Of a stretch of 35,214 nt of DNA, positions 8,011 to 16,954 are shown in pieces (position 1 is the first letter of the stretch; every line of letters begins with the position of its first letter). Source of the stretch: a virus (Duplodnaviria; Caudoviricetes); the IMG/VR virus record IMGVR_UViG_3300020045_002489, positions 1-35,214 of that record, one strand, 5' to 3'. A program made the translations under genes and the position numbers. The notes below the pieces were generated by a model that was given only the letters and a program-made list of their open reading frames with translations, was not told the DNA's origin and did no database searches.

Positions 8011-10041
8011 ATGAGCTCTGAAAACAACGCAGGCTATAAGCTGGATGCACCCACGCTCACAGCCGTTATAGATATCATCACCTCCTACATGGAGACTGGC
8101 CAACTTCCCAATGGCGGCGGTGGGGGTACTACGCTAATTGGTAGTCTATCCTCAACTTCTACTCTAGCTGCATTGCGCGCAGACCAAGGTCCTGTGATCG
8201 CAGGCTTGGTATCTACAGCTCAACTAGCTGCTACAACTGCTAATATTGCAGCTGGTAACGCACAAGTTGCAGCAGATTTTGCCCAATCTACTGCTAACGA
8301 TGCCCTTGCTGCTAACTCTGGCACGATTTTAGCGACTGCGCCTGCCACTGCTATTTCCCTAGATAAATCCACAGGCCGTTATTTTAACTCGGATGTATAT
8401 GTATCTAATACCCCATTTACCGTAGCAGGCGGCCGAGTATCTGGAGGTTATTGTACGCTTGTAATTAAAGGTGATGGAGTCCTGTCTCCAACGTTTACTG
8501 GAATGCTTAAGGCAGCTAATTCCAGCGCATTCAACACTACCTTTAATGCTGTAAATAACGTACTTATTTTTGAACAAGGTGGGCGTACTTATTACAATAT
8601 CTGGCAAGCAGACCCTGTAGAAATTGCTACTGCTCCAGTAACGCCAGTCAATACAGCACCTACCATTATTGGCACGCCTACAGCAGGAACGGCCGTAGCT
8701 TGGGCAGGACAGAGCGTAACTGGTTATCCAGCACCTACAACTGTATTCAATTGGCTTACTTATCCAGGAGCCACGCTAATTCAAGCTAACATTACTAGTG
8801 GTAGTTATACTCCGCCAGCAACGGGTCAGTTCATCCTGCAGATGGTTAGCACGAACTCGCAAGGTACTGATACCGACAATGTTATTGTTACTGTTGCTGT
8901 TGCTCCAGCTGGAGTCCCAGTTAATAGCACCATTCCTACGATTACTGGAACCACTACCGTAGGACAGACGCTCACCGCGACCACGGGTACGTGGACTAAT
9001 TCGCCCACAGGCTATACTTACCAATGGAAGCGAGCAGGGAGTAATATTAGCGGAGCAACTGCTAGCACATATACACTTGTAGTTGCCGATGCAGGAACTG
9101 TAATTACTGTAGCAGTAGTAGCGGCTAACGGGGCGGGACCAGCAACGGCGGCAGCTGTCTCTGCTAGCACAGCTAGTATTAATGCAATAGCACCTGATGC
9201 CCCAACGTTGGCTGGAGTTACAGCAATTACGGCTACTGGCCTAACATACACTTGGACTGATGGCAGCAACGGCGGCAGTACTGTCACTGCTCGCAATGCA
9301 GACATTAGTTTTGATGGCGGGGCGTGGACTGCGATTGCAACTCCGACCGTCGGTAGTAACACCATCACATTTACTGGCGATGGAAGTGTTCGTACGGCAC
9401 AAATTCGCGGCAGGGCAACCAATGCCGTTGGTGTTGGCGCTTACGGCACAGTGACTGGAATTTCCATCCCGGCGAACGTTGTGTTGTCATTGCGTTTCAC
9501 TAGCCTCGTCAATGGTACGGTGGAGTCTGGATCCGGCCCGTATACTTATACACAGACAACGCCGGGGGCGTATCAACGTGGTGATCTGGTCGTGGAAAAC
9601 CTACGGATGCCAGCTAATGCGGCATCAACGTTGACGATGCGTTCGTTCATCACTACGCCCGCTGGTTCTGCGAGTCCGTTTGTTCAATTTTCCATGGTTA
9701 ACGCGGATACGACCACCGCCCCTAGCGTTCCATTCAGTGATTCCACCGGACTCGTGGCGTATGTTACTAGTGGTAACGGTTCTGCAGCTATATTTTCTAA
9801 CTTTCCGAGCAGTGGGGCGTATCCCAGCGATATGCGGTATTGGAGATTTAGCCGTGCTGTGAATGGCGACCTAACAGCACACTATTCCAATGATAATGCC
9901 ACATGGTTACAATTCGGCAACGCTGCGATTGCTTCGAATCCAGCATCACCGCTGTGGCCGCGTGTTAGTTTGTACTCGGATAATGCCGGCCATGTACATG
10001 GTGTGGAAATTGTGGCCCAATCTGGAATGGAAGCTTCTTAA
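8011..10041 (+). CDS. Fibre/adhesin 1 with Ig-like, FN3-like and possible lectin-like domains
   Basis: Two Ig-like repeats (PVN..PTI.GT...G..L...W), an FN3-like APDAPT...YTWTDGSNGGS segment, and a beta-rich C-terminus. The N-terminal anchor is shared with 11521..13932. Confidence 0.75.
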   Translation: MSSENNAGYKLDAPTLTAVIDIITSYMETGQLPNGGGGGTTLIGSLSSTSTLAALRADQGPVIAGLVSTAQLAATTANIAAGNAQVAADFAQSTANDALAANSGTILATAPATAISLDKSTGRYFNSDVYVSNTPFTVAGGRVSGGYCTLVIKGDGVLSPTFTGMLKAANSSAFNTTFNAVNNVLIFEQGGRTYYNIWQADPVEIATAPVTPVNTAPTIIGTPTAGTAVAWAGQSVTGYPAPTTVFNWLTYPGATLIQANITSGSYTPPATGQFILQMVSTNSQGTDTDNVIVTVAVAPAGVPVNSTIPTITGTTTVGQTLTATTGTWTNSPTGYTYQWKRAGSNISGATASTYTLVVADAGTVITVAVVAANGAGPATAAAVSASTASINAIAPDAPTLAGVTAITATGLTYTWTDGSNGGSTVTARNADISFDGGAWTAIATPTVGSNTITFTGDGSVRTAQIRGRATNAVGVGAYGTVTGISIPANVVLSLRFTSLVNGTVESGSGPYTYTQTTPGAYQRGDLVVENLRMPANAASTLTMRSFITTPAGSASPFVQFSMVNADTTTAPSVPFSDSTGLVAYVTSGNGSAAIFSNFPSSGAYPSDMRYWRFSRAVNGDLTAHYSNDNATWLQFGNAAIASNPASPLWPRVSLYSDNAGHVHGVEIVAQSGMEAS

Positions 10042-11414
10042 TGCGAGCCGCGCTACGTGCTACATTGACCGGTACAGTAATTGATTCCATGTACCAAACA
10101 ATATTCTCTGGTCCCAATATCGCAGGGACTGATTTTTGGCTTGGAGCATCAGGAGTCGTTAATAGAACTAATGGCACACAGATAAGCTTACCTGGGTTTA
10201 GGTCGGGTTGGATGGGTATTGTAAAGGCGACCGGGGCGTCTTTGATGGTCGTAATGAGTAGTGGTGAAACTACTGGAACCATTGAAGTGTCTGTCGATGG
10301 AAGTTTGTTCAACACGGTGTCAATAGTGAGTGGCAGAGCACAACTATTTACTGGTTTGTCTGATGTTGCACATAAGGTGGTCGTGCGCCCGAAAGCCGGT
10401 TACGGTGATGCGATTATTGGGAATGCGTCCAATGTGTTGGTATTGACTGGGATCGATACGTATGCGACAATGGCCATTACGTGGGCGCAAGTTGGAAGCT
10501 CAGGTAATTGGGCGTCAGCCACGTTAACCAATTCACATGGACTGAGTGGATATACACCCACTTTGACACCAGCTGGATATAATACCGCAACCTATGGCAG
10601 CAATACACCAAGTGTGACATTTGTGGCCGATTGCATCATGCTGATGGTGCTCAGTAAAACACAAAAAATAACTGCGATTATCGGGAATGCCCCATCTGTT
10701 ATCTATAATAGTGGTATTCCTGGTGGTAATGATATAACTGCTCATTTTATTCAATGTTCACCAGGGGCAAAAAGATATACTATTAGTGCTGGTGCATCGA
10801 ATGTATTGTTTCCAATCTTTTCGGTCGGTGTTGTAGGCAACCTGAAAACCCATGGCACGGTCGGTGTGTTGGATCAATTTGGTGATTCGATCACGGAAGG
10901 TAACAGGTACGTTTGGGGATCTGTGGAAACTTTCGGCACAGCGCATCAGATGTTGCGTGCAGGGGAAACTTTCGGCATATCTGGGGATAATGTACAGTCA
11001 TTGAAAACACGGTTACAATCCACGACCTTGGCCAGATCCAGCCAGGATGTGGCAGTCATCGCAATTGGCGTCAATGATGTTGGTTCTGGGTGGTCGACCA
11101 CAAAAACTGGCTACTATACCGACATTATCAATGATTTGCTGGCGCGTGGGTATGGTCGTGTACTTTGCCGACATATGCTGCCGACCACTGCTGATTACTC
11201 GGCAGTGAATGCTGGTATTAGCGCGGCTGTAGCCGCTTGCGCGGACCTATCACGAGCCCGTGTTATTAATACTAGTAGTTGGCCACACTTTTCAGCGATT
11301 CAAGTTGATTTGGATGAGGGTGGTGGGGTCGATGGGCTGCACTTGAGCGATCCAGAATACGCTGCTGCTGTGCCGTATTGTGTCAGTGCGTACAACGCTG
11401 CGCTCGCGTCTTAA
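10041..11414 (+). CDS. SGNH/GDSL-family esterase with N-terminal beta domains
   Basis: Block I FGDSITEG, block II GISG, block III IAIGVND and block V DGLH. TAATG overlap with the upstream gene. Confidence 0.85.
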   Translation: MRAALRATLTGTVIDSMYQTIFSGPNIAGTDFWLGASGVVNRTNGTQISLPGFRSGWMGIVKATGASLMVVMSSGETTGTIEVSVDGSLFNTVSIVSGRAQLFTGLSDVAHKVVVRPKAGYGDAIIGNASNVLVLTGIDTYATMAITWAQVGSSGNWASATLTNSHGLSGYTPTLTPAGYNTATYGSNTPSVTFVADCIMLMVLSKTQKITAIIGNAPSVIYNSGIPGGNDITAHFIQCSPGAKRYTISAGASNVLFPIFSVGVVGNLKTHGTVGVLDQFGDSITEGNRYVWGSVETFGTAHQMLRAGETFGISGDNVQSLKTRLQSTTLARSSQDVAVIAIGVNDVGSGWSTTKTGYYTDIINDLLARGYGRVLCRHMLPTTADYSAVNAGISAAVAACADLSRARVINTSSWPHFSAIQVDLDEGGGVDGLHLSDPEYAAAVPYCVSAYNAALAS

Positions 11415-11449
11415 TACAGGGAGTGGATTTCTCAGTCCCACTCCCTGTA
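11415..11449. repeat. Perfect 12-bp inverted repeat (stem-loop)
   Basis: TACAGGGAGTGG (11415-11426), an 11-nt loop, and CCACTCCCTGTA (11438-11449). Confidence 0.85.
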
Positions 11450-11520
11450 ATAGAAGCGTCTGATTTATTTCAAATTTAGCCGGTCAGCTTAGTCAGTGAC
11501 CGTTTTCTAGGATTCTATAT

Positions 11521-13932
11521 ATGCCTGTTAACACTCCAGGGTTTAAGCTAGACCAACCTACTTCAGAAGCAATGTTGGAAATTATTGACCAGGCCCTCAA
11601 GTCTGGTGATTTGACCATTGCCGGAAGTGCCACTCAACTTGTAGATAACCTTGTCTCTAATTCTACAATTGCTGCGCTACGTGCAGACCAAGGTCCAGCA
11701 ATTACCTCACTGATTACTAATGCGCAAACGGCAGCAGACAGCGCAGGTACTGCAGCAGCAGACGCACATACAGCCGCAAACAATGCAACTACTTTAGTTA
11801 GCTCCAAGTATGCAAAACCAAGTAGTGGCATTCCATTTAGCGACCTTGAACAATATACCACTACTCCGTTAACGGGTTCTCGCCCCCTAACACTTTTGGA
11901 CCACGGTAAGGTATTTGAAGTCTCCAATGGTCTAGCTCTTACCATTCCAGTAGGCTTGCCAACTACTTTCAAAACTACCTTTCTGCTACTCAGTGGCGGC
12001 AGCATTGGATTTATTCCTAACGGTGGTGCTACCCTCAATGGCGGGACTGCAACCCTGAATCGAGCAGCTACTGGGGATACTAAAGTAGAGTTAATTTCTC
12101 TAAGTACTGCTAACTCTTTTGACTTGACTGGCGGTATTTCAGTTGCTGGGGGTGGCACCAATGCTACGAATCTAGTAAGCAATCCTACCACTACTACAGT
12201 AGATATTCTATCTGATACTGGATCAGATGTAACACTATTGAGCGCCACTCCTGCACTAGCAGGTGTTATGAGTGCTGCAGATAAAACAAAACTTAATGGT
12301 ATTGCTACTGGGGCCACGATTAATTCTACGGACGCGCAGTTACGTGATCGCTCTACGCACACTGGAACACAAAGCCATACTACTATTACAGGCCTAAATA
12401 CCACATATGCGTCTATAGCTCAAGGAACTACTGCTGATGCTGCAGCTCTACGTCTTAGCCGACTCCCAGTATCTGTGCTTGATTATGGAGCTGATCCTAC
12501 TGGAGTAGCCCTAGCCAATACAGCTTTTACAAATGCCTTAGCAGCAAGCAAAGCTCCCTATGTTCCAGCTGGTACTTACTATCTAGACAATCTTAATATA
12601 AGTACGTTTGGAGTAAAATTCTGGGGCCCGGGGGTTATTAAAACTAGCTCAGGAAGACTTCTTAATCTAAGTACCATTCCACTGGAGCAGCAAGAAGATA
12701 CGCGGATAATGTTCATCGAAGGAAATAAACCGTCCTTTGAAGAGCTACTAGATATTAAGAGTCTAGGTTATACAGCGGTTATGGGATACCCCTGGAATTT
12801 TACTGTCAACCAACTAATCCTAAATGCCGAAGCTGTAGGCTTGAAGGTACTTGTGCATGGAGGATTAGGTAATACAGTACCAGGTACAGTAATACCAGCT
12901 ACTACATATGATTCTAGAGATTCCGTCATGGGTTACTACGTACTTGACGAGCCAGTGATGAATAGCATCAGTGTTGCAGACCAAGAACGTGCTATTACAG
13001 CTTACAGAGCAGTAACTAATAAACCGTTGTTCTGCGCAGAGAATGCAGTAATGTACACTAATAAACTAATATCATCTAAGTGGGATGTTATCCTAGCAGA
13101 TGTGTATTATGCAAATTCGCATACCTCTGCAAATGAACCACTAACGCAGATGATTAGAAACATTGCAGAGTTTAGGCTGCATGCACCTAATACGCAAGTG
13201 TGGCCCTGTGCTGGACTTTTCAATGATAGTGGATTTACTAAGAGTACTACACTTACAACTAAGTTAGCCGCTGAGTGTATTAGATTTAGTCCTGATGGAG
13301 CATTTGCAGTTTTCTGTTGGGATGCTGGTATTACGGCTGGTGCATACGCGGGAGTTAGAAATACTGCAGCTTATTATACTAACGCCCAACAACTAAGTAA
13401 ACTAGCTCCGGCTATCCAACCATACAAAGTAGAGCTTGTACCAATTGGCGGTAATCTAAATAATAAACTCTACGCCACCTATAAAAATACTGTAGATAGT
13501 GCTACACCTGGAATTGCTGGTACGCCAACTGTACTACCTTGGGAAGTCCAGAACGTAGGTGTTATCACTGATGCGCGCAATTCTAGCTTTGCGGCTAGTG
13601 GCTTGATGGTTACTGGCATTGGCGGTACTTGTGGTTTTTCTGGTATGCCAGCAGGTATTTGTGCAAGTGTATTCTTCTTTAATAATTATGGTACTGGAGC
13701 CACATGTACAGTGGAGCTAGGTTTTAGTTATCTTGGAGGCTATAATTTTGTATCGACTGCAGCTACTAGCGCTATATCGAGTGGCAATGGTGCACCAATT
13801 AGTAAACAACTGAATGCAAATATGCACGTATTGCCAATGTTGAAAGCTACTTTGTCGTCGACTACGCCTGTACCATATGCATTTCTAAATGGCTATATGG
13901 CATTCTCCACAGTACCCGAAGTTTCTTTTTAA
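11521..13932 (+). CDS. Tail fibre/spike 2 with a putative glycoside hydrolase domain
   Basis: Shared anchor, then fibre repeats (AGVMSAADKTKLNGIA, HTGTQSHTTITGL), the tailspike neck motif VSVLDYGADPTG, and a TIM-barrel GH-like segment (LLDIKSLGYTAV...GYYVLDEP...ADVY). Confidence 0.75.
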   Translation: MPVNTPGFKLDQPTSEAMLEIIDQALKSGDLTIAGSATQLVDNLVSNSTIAALRADQGPAITSLITNAQTAADSAGTAAADAHTAANNATTLVSSKYAKPSSGIPFSDLEQYTTTPLTGSRPLTLLDHGKVFEVSNGLALTIPVGLPTTFKTTFLLLSGGSIGFIPNGGATLNGGTATLNRAATGDTKVELISLSTANSFDLTGGISVAGGGTNATNLVSNPTTTTVDILSDTGSDVTLLSATPALAGVMSAADKTKLNGIATGATINSTDAQLRDRSTHTGTQSHTTITGLNTTYASIAQGTTADAAALRLSRLPVSVLDYGADPTGVALANTAFTNALAASKAPYVPAGTYYLDNLNISTFGVKFWGPGVIKTSSGRLLNLSTIPLEQQEDTRIMFIEGNKPSFEELLDIKSLGYTAVMGYPWNFTVNQLILNAEAVGLKVLVHGGLGNTVPGTVIPATTYDSRDSVMGYYVLDEPVMNSISVADQERAITAYRAVTNKPLFCAENAVMYTNKLISSKWDVILADVYYANSHTSANEPLTQMIRNIAEFRLHAPNTQVWPCAGLFNDSGFTKSTTLTTKLAAECIRFSPDGAFAVFCWDAGITAGAYAGVRNTAAYYTNAQQLSKLAPAIQPYKVELVPIGGNLNNKLYATYKNTVDSATPGIAGTPTVLPWEVQNVGVITDARNSSFAASGLMVTGIGGTCGFSGMPAGICASVFFFNNYGTGATCTVELGFSYLGGYNFVSTAATSAISSGNGAPISKQLNANMHVLPMLKATLSSTTPVPYAFLNGYMAFSTVPEVSF

Positions 13933-13949
13933 TCTGTTAAAGTTCTATT

Positions 13950-14417
13950 ATGCTAAGTGGACTCTTTTCATTCCTAGGTGGCACAGCCTTTCGCTGGGTC
14001 TTTGGTGAAGTCTTTGGTTTCCTGAAAGCTAGGCAGGAGCATAAACAGGAGATTGAACTACGGCGCCTCGATATGGAGGTAGCTACTGCAAATAGTCAAC
14101 TGCGAAAGGAGGAACTACAAGCAGCCGCAAGTGCTGGTGTCCAAATCATTGAGGCGCAAAGAGAAGCAACTCATGAGAACATGGCTGATAGGATGCTACT
14201 CAGTGCTGTGGAAGGAGTAGAGAAGTTAACCGGCATTGTGTGGGTTGATGCTTGGAATAAAGCAATCCGCCCAGGCATGGCAACTATTGGCTTCCTCCTA
14301 CTCGTCCTAGAAGCCTTCTTCCCAGCCACTGTAATCATTAAAGCAGCTACTGCAGAACTTATCTTTGCAGTACTTGGCCTCTTCTGTGGTGGGCGCATTT
14401 CCAACACTGGGCGTTAA
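13950..14417 (+). CDS. Putative holin (3-TM type)
   Basis: N-terminal hydrophobic segment, coiled coil, then WVDAWNKAIRP followed by two TM helices. Directly upstream of the endolysin. Confidence 0.6.
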   Translation: MLSGLFSFLGGTAFRWVFGEVFGFLKARQEHKQEIELRRLDMEVATANSQLRKEELQAAASAGVQIIEAQREATHENMADRMLLSAVEGVEKLTGIVWVDAWNKAIRPGMATIGFLLLVLEAFFPATVIIKAATAELIFAVLGLFCGGRISNTGR

Positions 14418-14420
14418 CTT

Positions 14421-14885
14421 ATGACTAGGCAAGACATAGAACTTTGTGTCCGCCTAGTCCTTTCTATGTTGGAAAAGTTTGAGGGCTTGTATTTGCGGCC
14501 CTATCTTTGTCCAGCAGGAGTATGGACTATTGGACTTGGAACTACTAGATACCCAAATGGAAAGAAAGTATCCCCCCTAGATAAAGCCATAACTAGAGAA
14601 GAAGCGTTCATAATTGCTAGAATACAAATCTTGGAAGACTATCTTCCGGCCGTCTTAGCTCTCTGTCCGACTCTGGAGAATGGTCGTCAACTCAGTAGCA
14701 TAGTTGACTTTACTTACAATCTCGGCATCGGCGCACTAAAAAGCTCCACTCTGCGAAAGAAGCTACTAGCTAGAGAATTCAACTCTGTAGCTAAAGAGTT
14801 GCGTAAGTGGGTAATGGGTGGCGGTAAGCGGTTGAATGGACTTGTTCACCGGCGCGAATTCGACATTGTAATTGGAAGATTTTAA
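14421..14885 (+). CDS. Endolysin, GH24 (T4-like) lysozyme
   Basis: FEGLYLRPYLCPAGVWTIGLGT gives the E-x8-C-x5-T triad; also FTYNLG, SSTLRKKL and GLVHRR. Confidence 0.95.
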   Translation: MTRQDIELCVRLVLSMLEKFEGLYLRPYLCPAGVWTIGLGTTRYPNGKKVSPLDKAITREEAFIIARIQILEDYLPAVLALCPTLENGRQLSSIVDFTYNLGIGALKSSTLRKKLLAREFNSVAKELRKWVMGGGKRLNGLVHRREFDIVIGRF

Positions 14886-14900
14886 TAGGAGCACTACTTT

Positions 14901-16487
14901 ATGAGTGTAGAAGTACGAATCTCTCTAGCAGCAGCAGATATTCCTGGGGATCCTCGTATGGCTCCACTCGTAGCTCTGCAACCTGCGATGGATACAGCGC
15001 AACGGGCTAATGCAGCTTACGTTGGTCGCGGCGAGAACTTTGACTGGGGTATGCCAGGACCTATTTATGTACACAATTGCTTGCCTATCCAAAATGGCTA
15101 TACAAGCGTAAAATTTAATCTACGCCACACGTTGGCATATGCTGGAGCAGTCTATCAAGCATCTGTACCATATGCTGCTGAGGATACTCGGGGCGTATTT
15201 GTGCTTAGCTATAATGGAACTATCTACGAAGTAACAGCTCTGGCGCCTGTCCTAGGCACTACTGGCTTCTCAACTAACTATAGCGGAGTTACCGCTACCA
15301 CCGGAAATCCATTGCCCCTGCTCACGGTGGCACACGTAAATGGGAAGACTTATGTAGCTAGTGGTAACAGGGCGTACGCTACTTCAGCCTTTACGGATTT
15401 CTTTTGGTTAAATGAATTCTCAGCTACTACCGGTTTTTCTACGGGGACCACTGGCATCCCTGCCTTAACAACTGCATCTCCTAAACGCGCCATTGCTGGC
15501 TTGGGAAATTACCTACTACTTGTTTGTGACAACGAGATATACTATAGTTCACCCGGGCAACCCAATGACTTTACAGGTATCGGCGCAGGGCAGTTTACTC
15601 CAAGTAGCTTTGAAGGTGTAATTACATCTGTCAAAGAGATAGCTAACGGTGTAATCATCTATACTACTGTTGGCGCTTGGAGTATTGTACAAACGTTCAA
15701 TGGAGCTAATCCATTTAAGAGTAAGCAACTGGCTGGGATTACAGGGGTTGCTAGTGTGGCGGCGGAACCAGGTTGCGATACGCATTACGTCTATTCTACC
15801 AATGGCTTCCACGCAGTTCAGCTTAGCAGTACCGAACCCATTTTACTCCATCAATATCGCCAACTAATAAGCGATACGGTATGTACGTTTGACACCTTAA
15901 CTACAGCGTTTTCGTTTACTACTAATGCTACTAGTGTTCAGCATGTATCGTTGCATTTGGTGGACTCTCGTTACTTAGTAATTAACTACAAGACTAAAAG
16001 CGAGGTTTGGATCTATGATACATTTCTTCGTAGGCTTGGCAAAGTTCGGGGCGCCTATGATAGTGCTTTCAGTTTAGCTAACATCTACGCTGCACACCAT
16101 AGCACCGAAGCGATGCTTTACTTACTTAGTCCTTTGGGGCAAATATATTCTATAACAGGTGATAATGTAACAGTATCAGAACCTCGTAATGGCGCCTTAG
16201 TTGTAGGGCCTATAGTGCAGCAGCGAAACGATAGGCGCACTACCATACATTCCATATACCTTCAGAACAACCAACAATCCCCAGTAAGTACCCCCATAAA
16301 TCCGCCAACTATTAAAGTAATCTCTTCTAAAGATACCGTACAGCATAGCGATAGAGTAGTTACTTTTACGCACCAAGGTAACGGACTTTATTTAGGACGC
16401 GTAACTGGACGCTATCTCTACATAGTTATCGAAGGTGACATAGAGACAAGCAATCTTCTTGTCAAGCTAACGGCTAGTGGGATGTAA
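14901..16487 (+). CDS. Putative tail nozzle / DNA stabilisation protein (P22 gp10 / T7 gp12-like)
   Basis: 528 aa, beta-rich and propeller-like (NCLPIQNGY, IYYSSPGQPNDF), placed before the ejection genes, with an AGGAG RBS. Confidence 0.65.
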   Translation: MSVEVRISLAAADIPGDPRMAPLVALQPAMDTAQRANAAYVGRGENFDWGMPGPIYVHNCLPIQNGYTSVKFNLRHTLAYAGAVYQASVPYAAEDTRGVFVLSYNGTIYEVTALAPVLGTTGFSTNYSGVTATTGNPLPLLTVAHVNGKTYVASGNRAYATSAFTDFFWLNEFSATTGFSTGTTGIPALTTASPKRAIAGLGNYLLLVCDNEIYYSSPGQPNDFTGIGAGQFTPSSFEGVITSVKEIANGVIIYTTVGAWSIVQTFNGANPFKSKQLAGITGVASVAAEPGCDTHYVYSTNGFHAVQLSSTEPILLHQYRQLISDTVCTFDTLTTAFSFTTNATSVQHVSLHLVDSRYLVINYKTKSEVWIYDTFLRRLGKVRGAYDSAFSLANIYAAHHSTEAMLYLLSPLGQIYSITGDNVTVSEPRNGALVVGPIVQQRNDRRTTIHSIYLQNNQQSPVSTPINPPTIKVISSKDTVQHSDRVVTFTHQGNGLYLGRVTGRYLYIVIEGDIETSNLLVKLTASGM

Positions 16488-16488
16488 T

Positions 16489-16941
16489 ATGGCTTATGAC
16501 AAAGTAAGCATTTGGAGAAATGCTCCTTCGCCGGAGATTGCACTAGATAACGAACTCTTCATAGAAGCACAAGAGAGCAGCTTTCTACAGAAGGATGTGC
16601 TAATTGAAACTACTATGTTTGCCAAGATGGAGATTGTACTTACTCGCCCGTCAATCATAGTTGGTAGCATTCGGGTAAGCGATCCCTGCGTTCTTAGGTT
16701 TACTTGTGGTGCCATTCCTATCCCTCTCTATATCTGCGGCTATTCTGGCTATGATGCTAGCCTGAGTGAATTTGTTACCACGGCTCCAATTACTACAGTA
16801 AACGTTACTAGCGGCCAGGTTCTTATCTTCTGTAAAGCTAGTCCGGCTGCGAACGTAGCTAGTCGAAAGATGACTTTGGATGTTAGTTCATCTGCTACTA
16901 ATGCTAGACTACTAGCAGGCAGCTACCTCAAAATTCTTTAA
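16489..16941 (+). CDS. Hypothetical structural protein
   Basis: Beta-rich ORF. The ATG at 16489, just after the nozzle stop, is more plausible than the GTG at 16477. Confidence 0.6.
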   Translation: MAYDKVSIWRNAPSPEIALDNELFIEAQESSFLQKDVLIETTMFAKMEIVLTRPSIIVGSIRVSDPCVLRFTCGAIPIPLYICGYSGYDASLSEFVTTAPITTVNVTSGQVLIFCKASPAANVASRKMTLDVSSSATNARLLAGSYLKIL

Positions 16942-16954
16942 AGGATATTTAACT

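Noticed and set aside
10041-11520. Diversity-generating retroelement suggested by a hairpin after a receptor-related gene
   Set aside because: No reverse transcriptase and no template/variable repeat pair differing at adenines was seen in the window.
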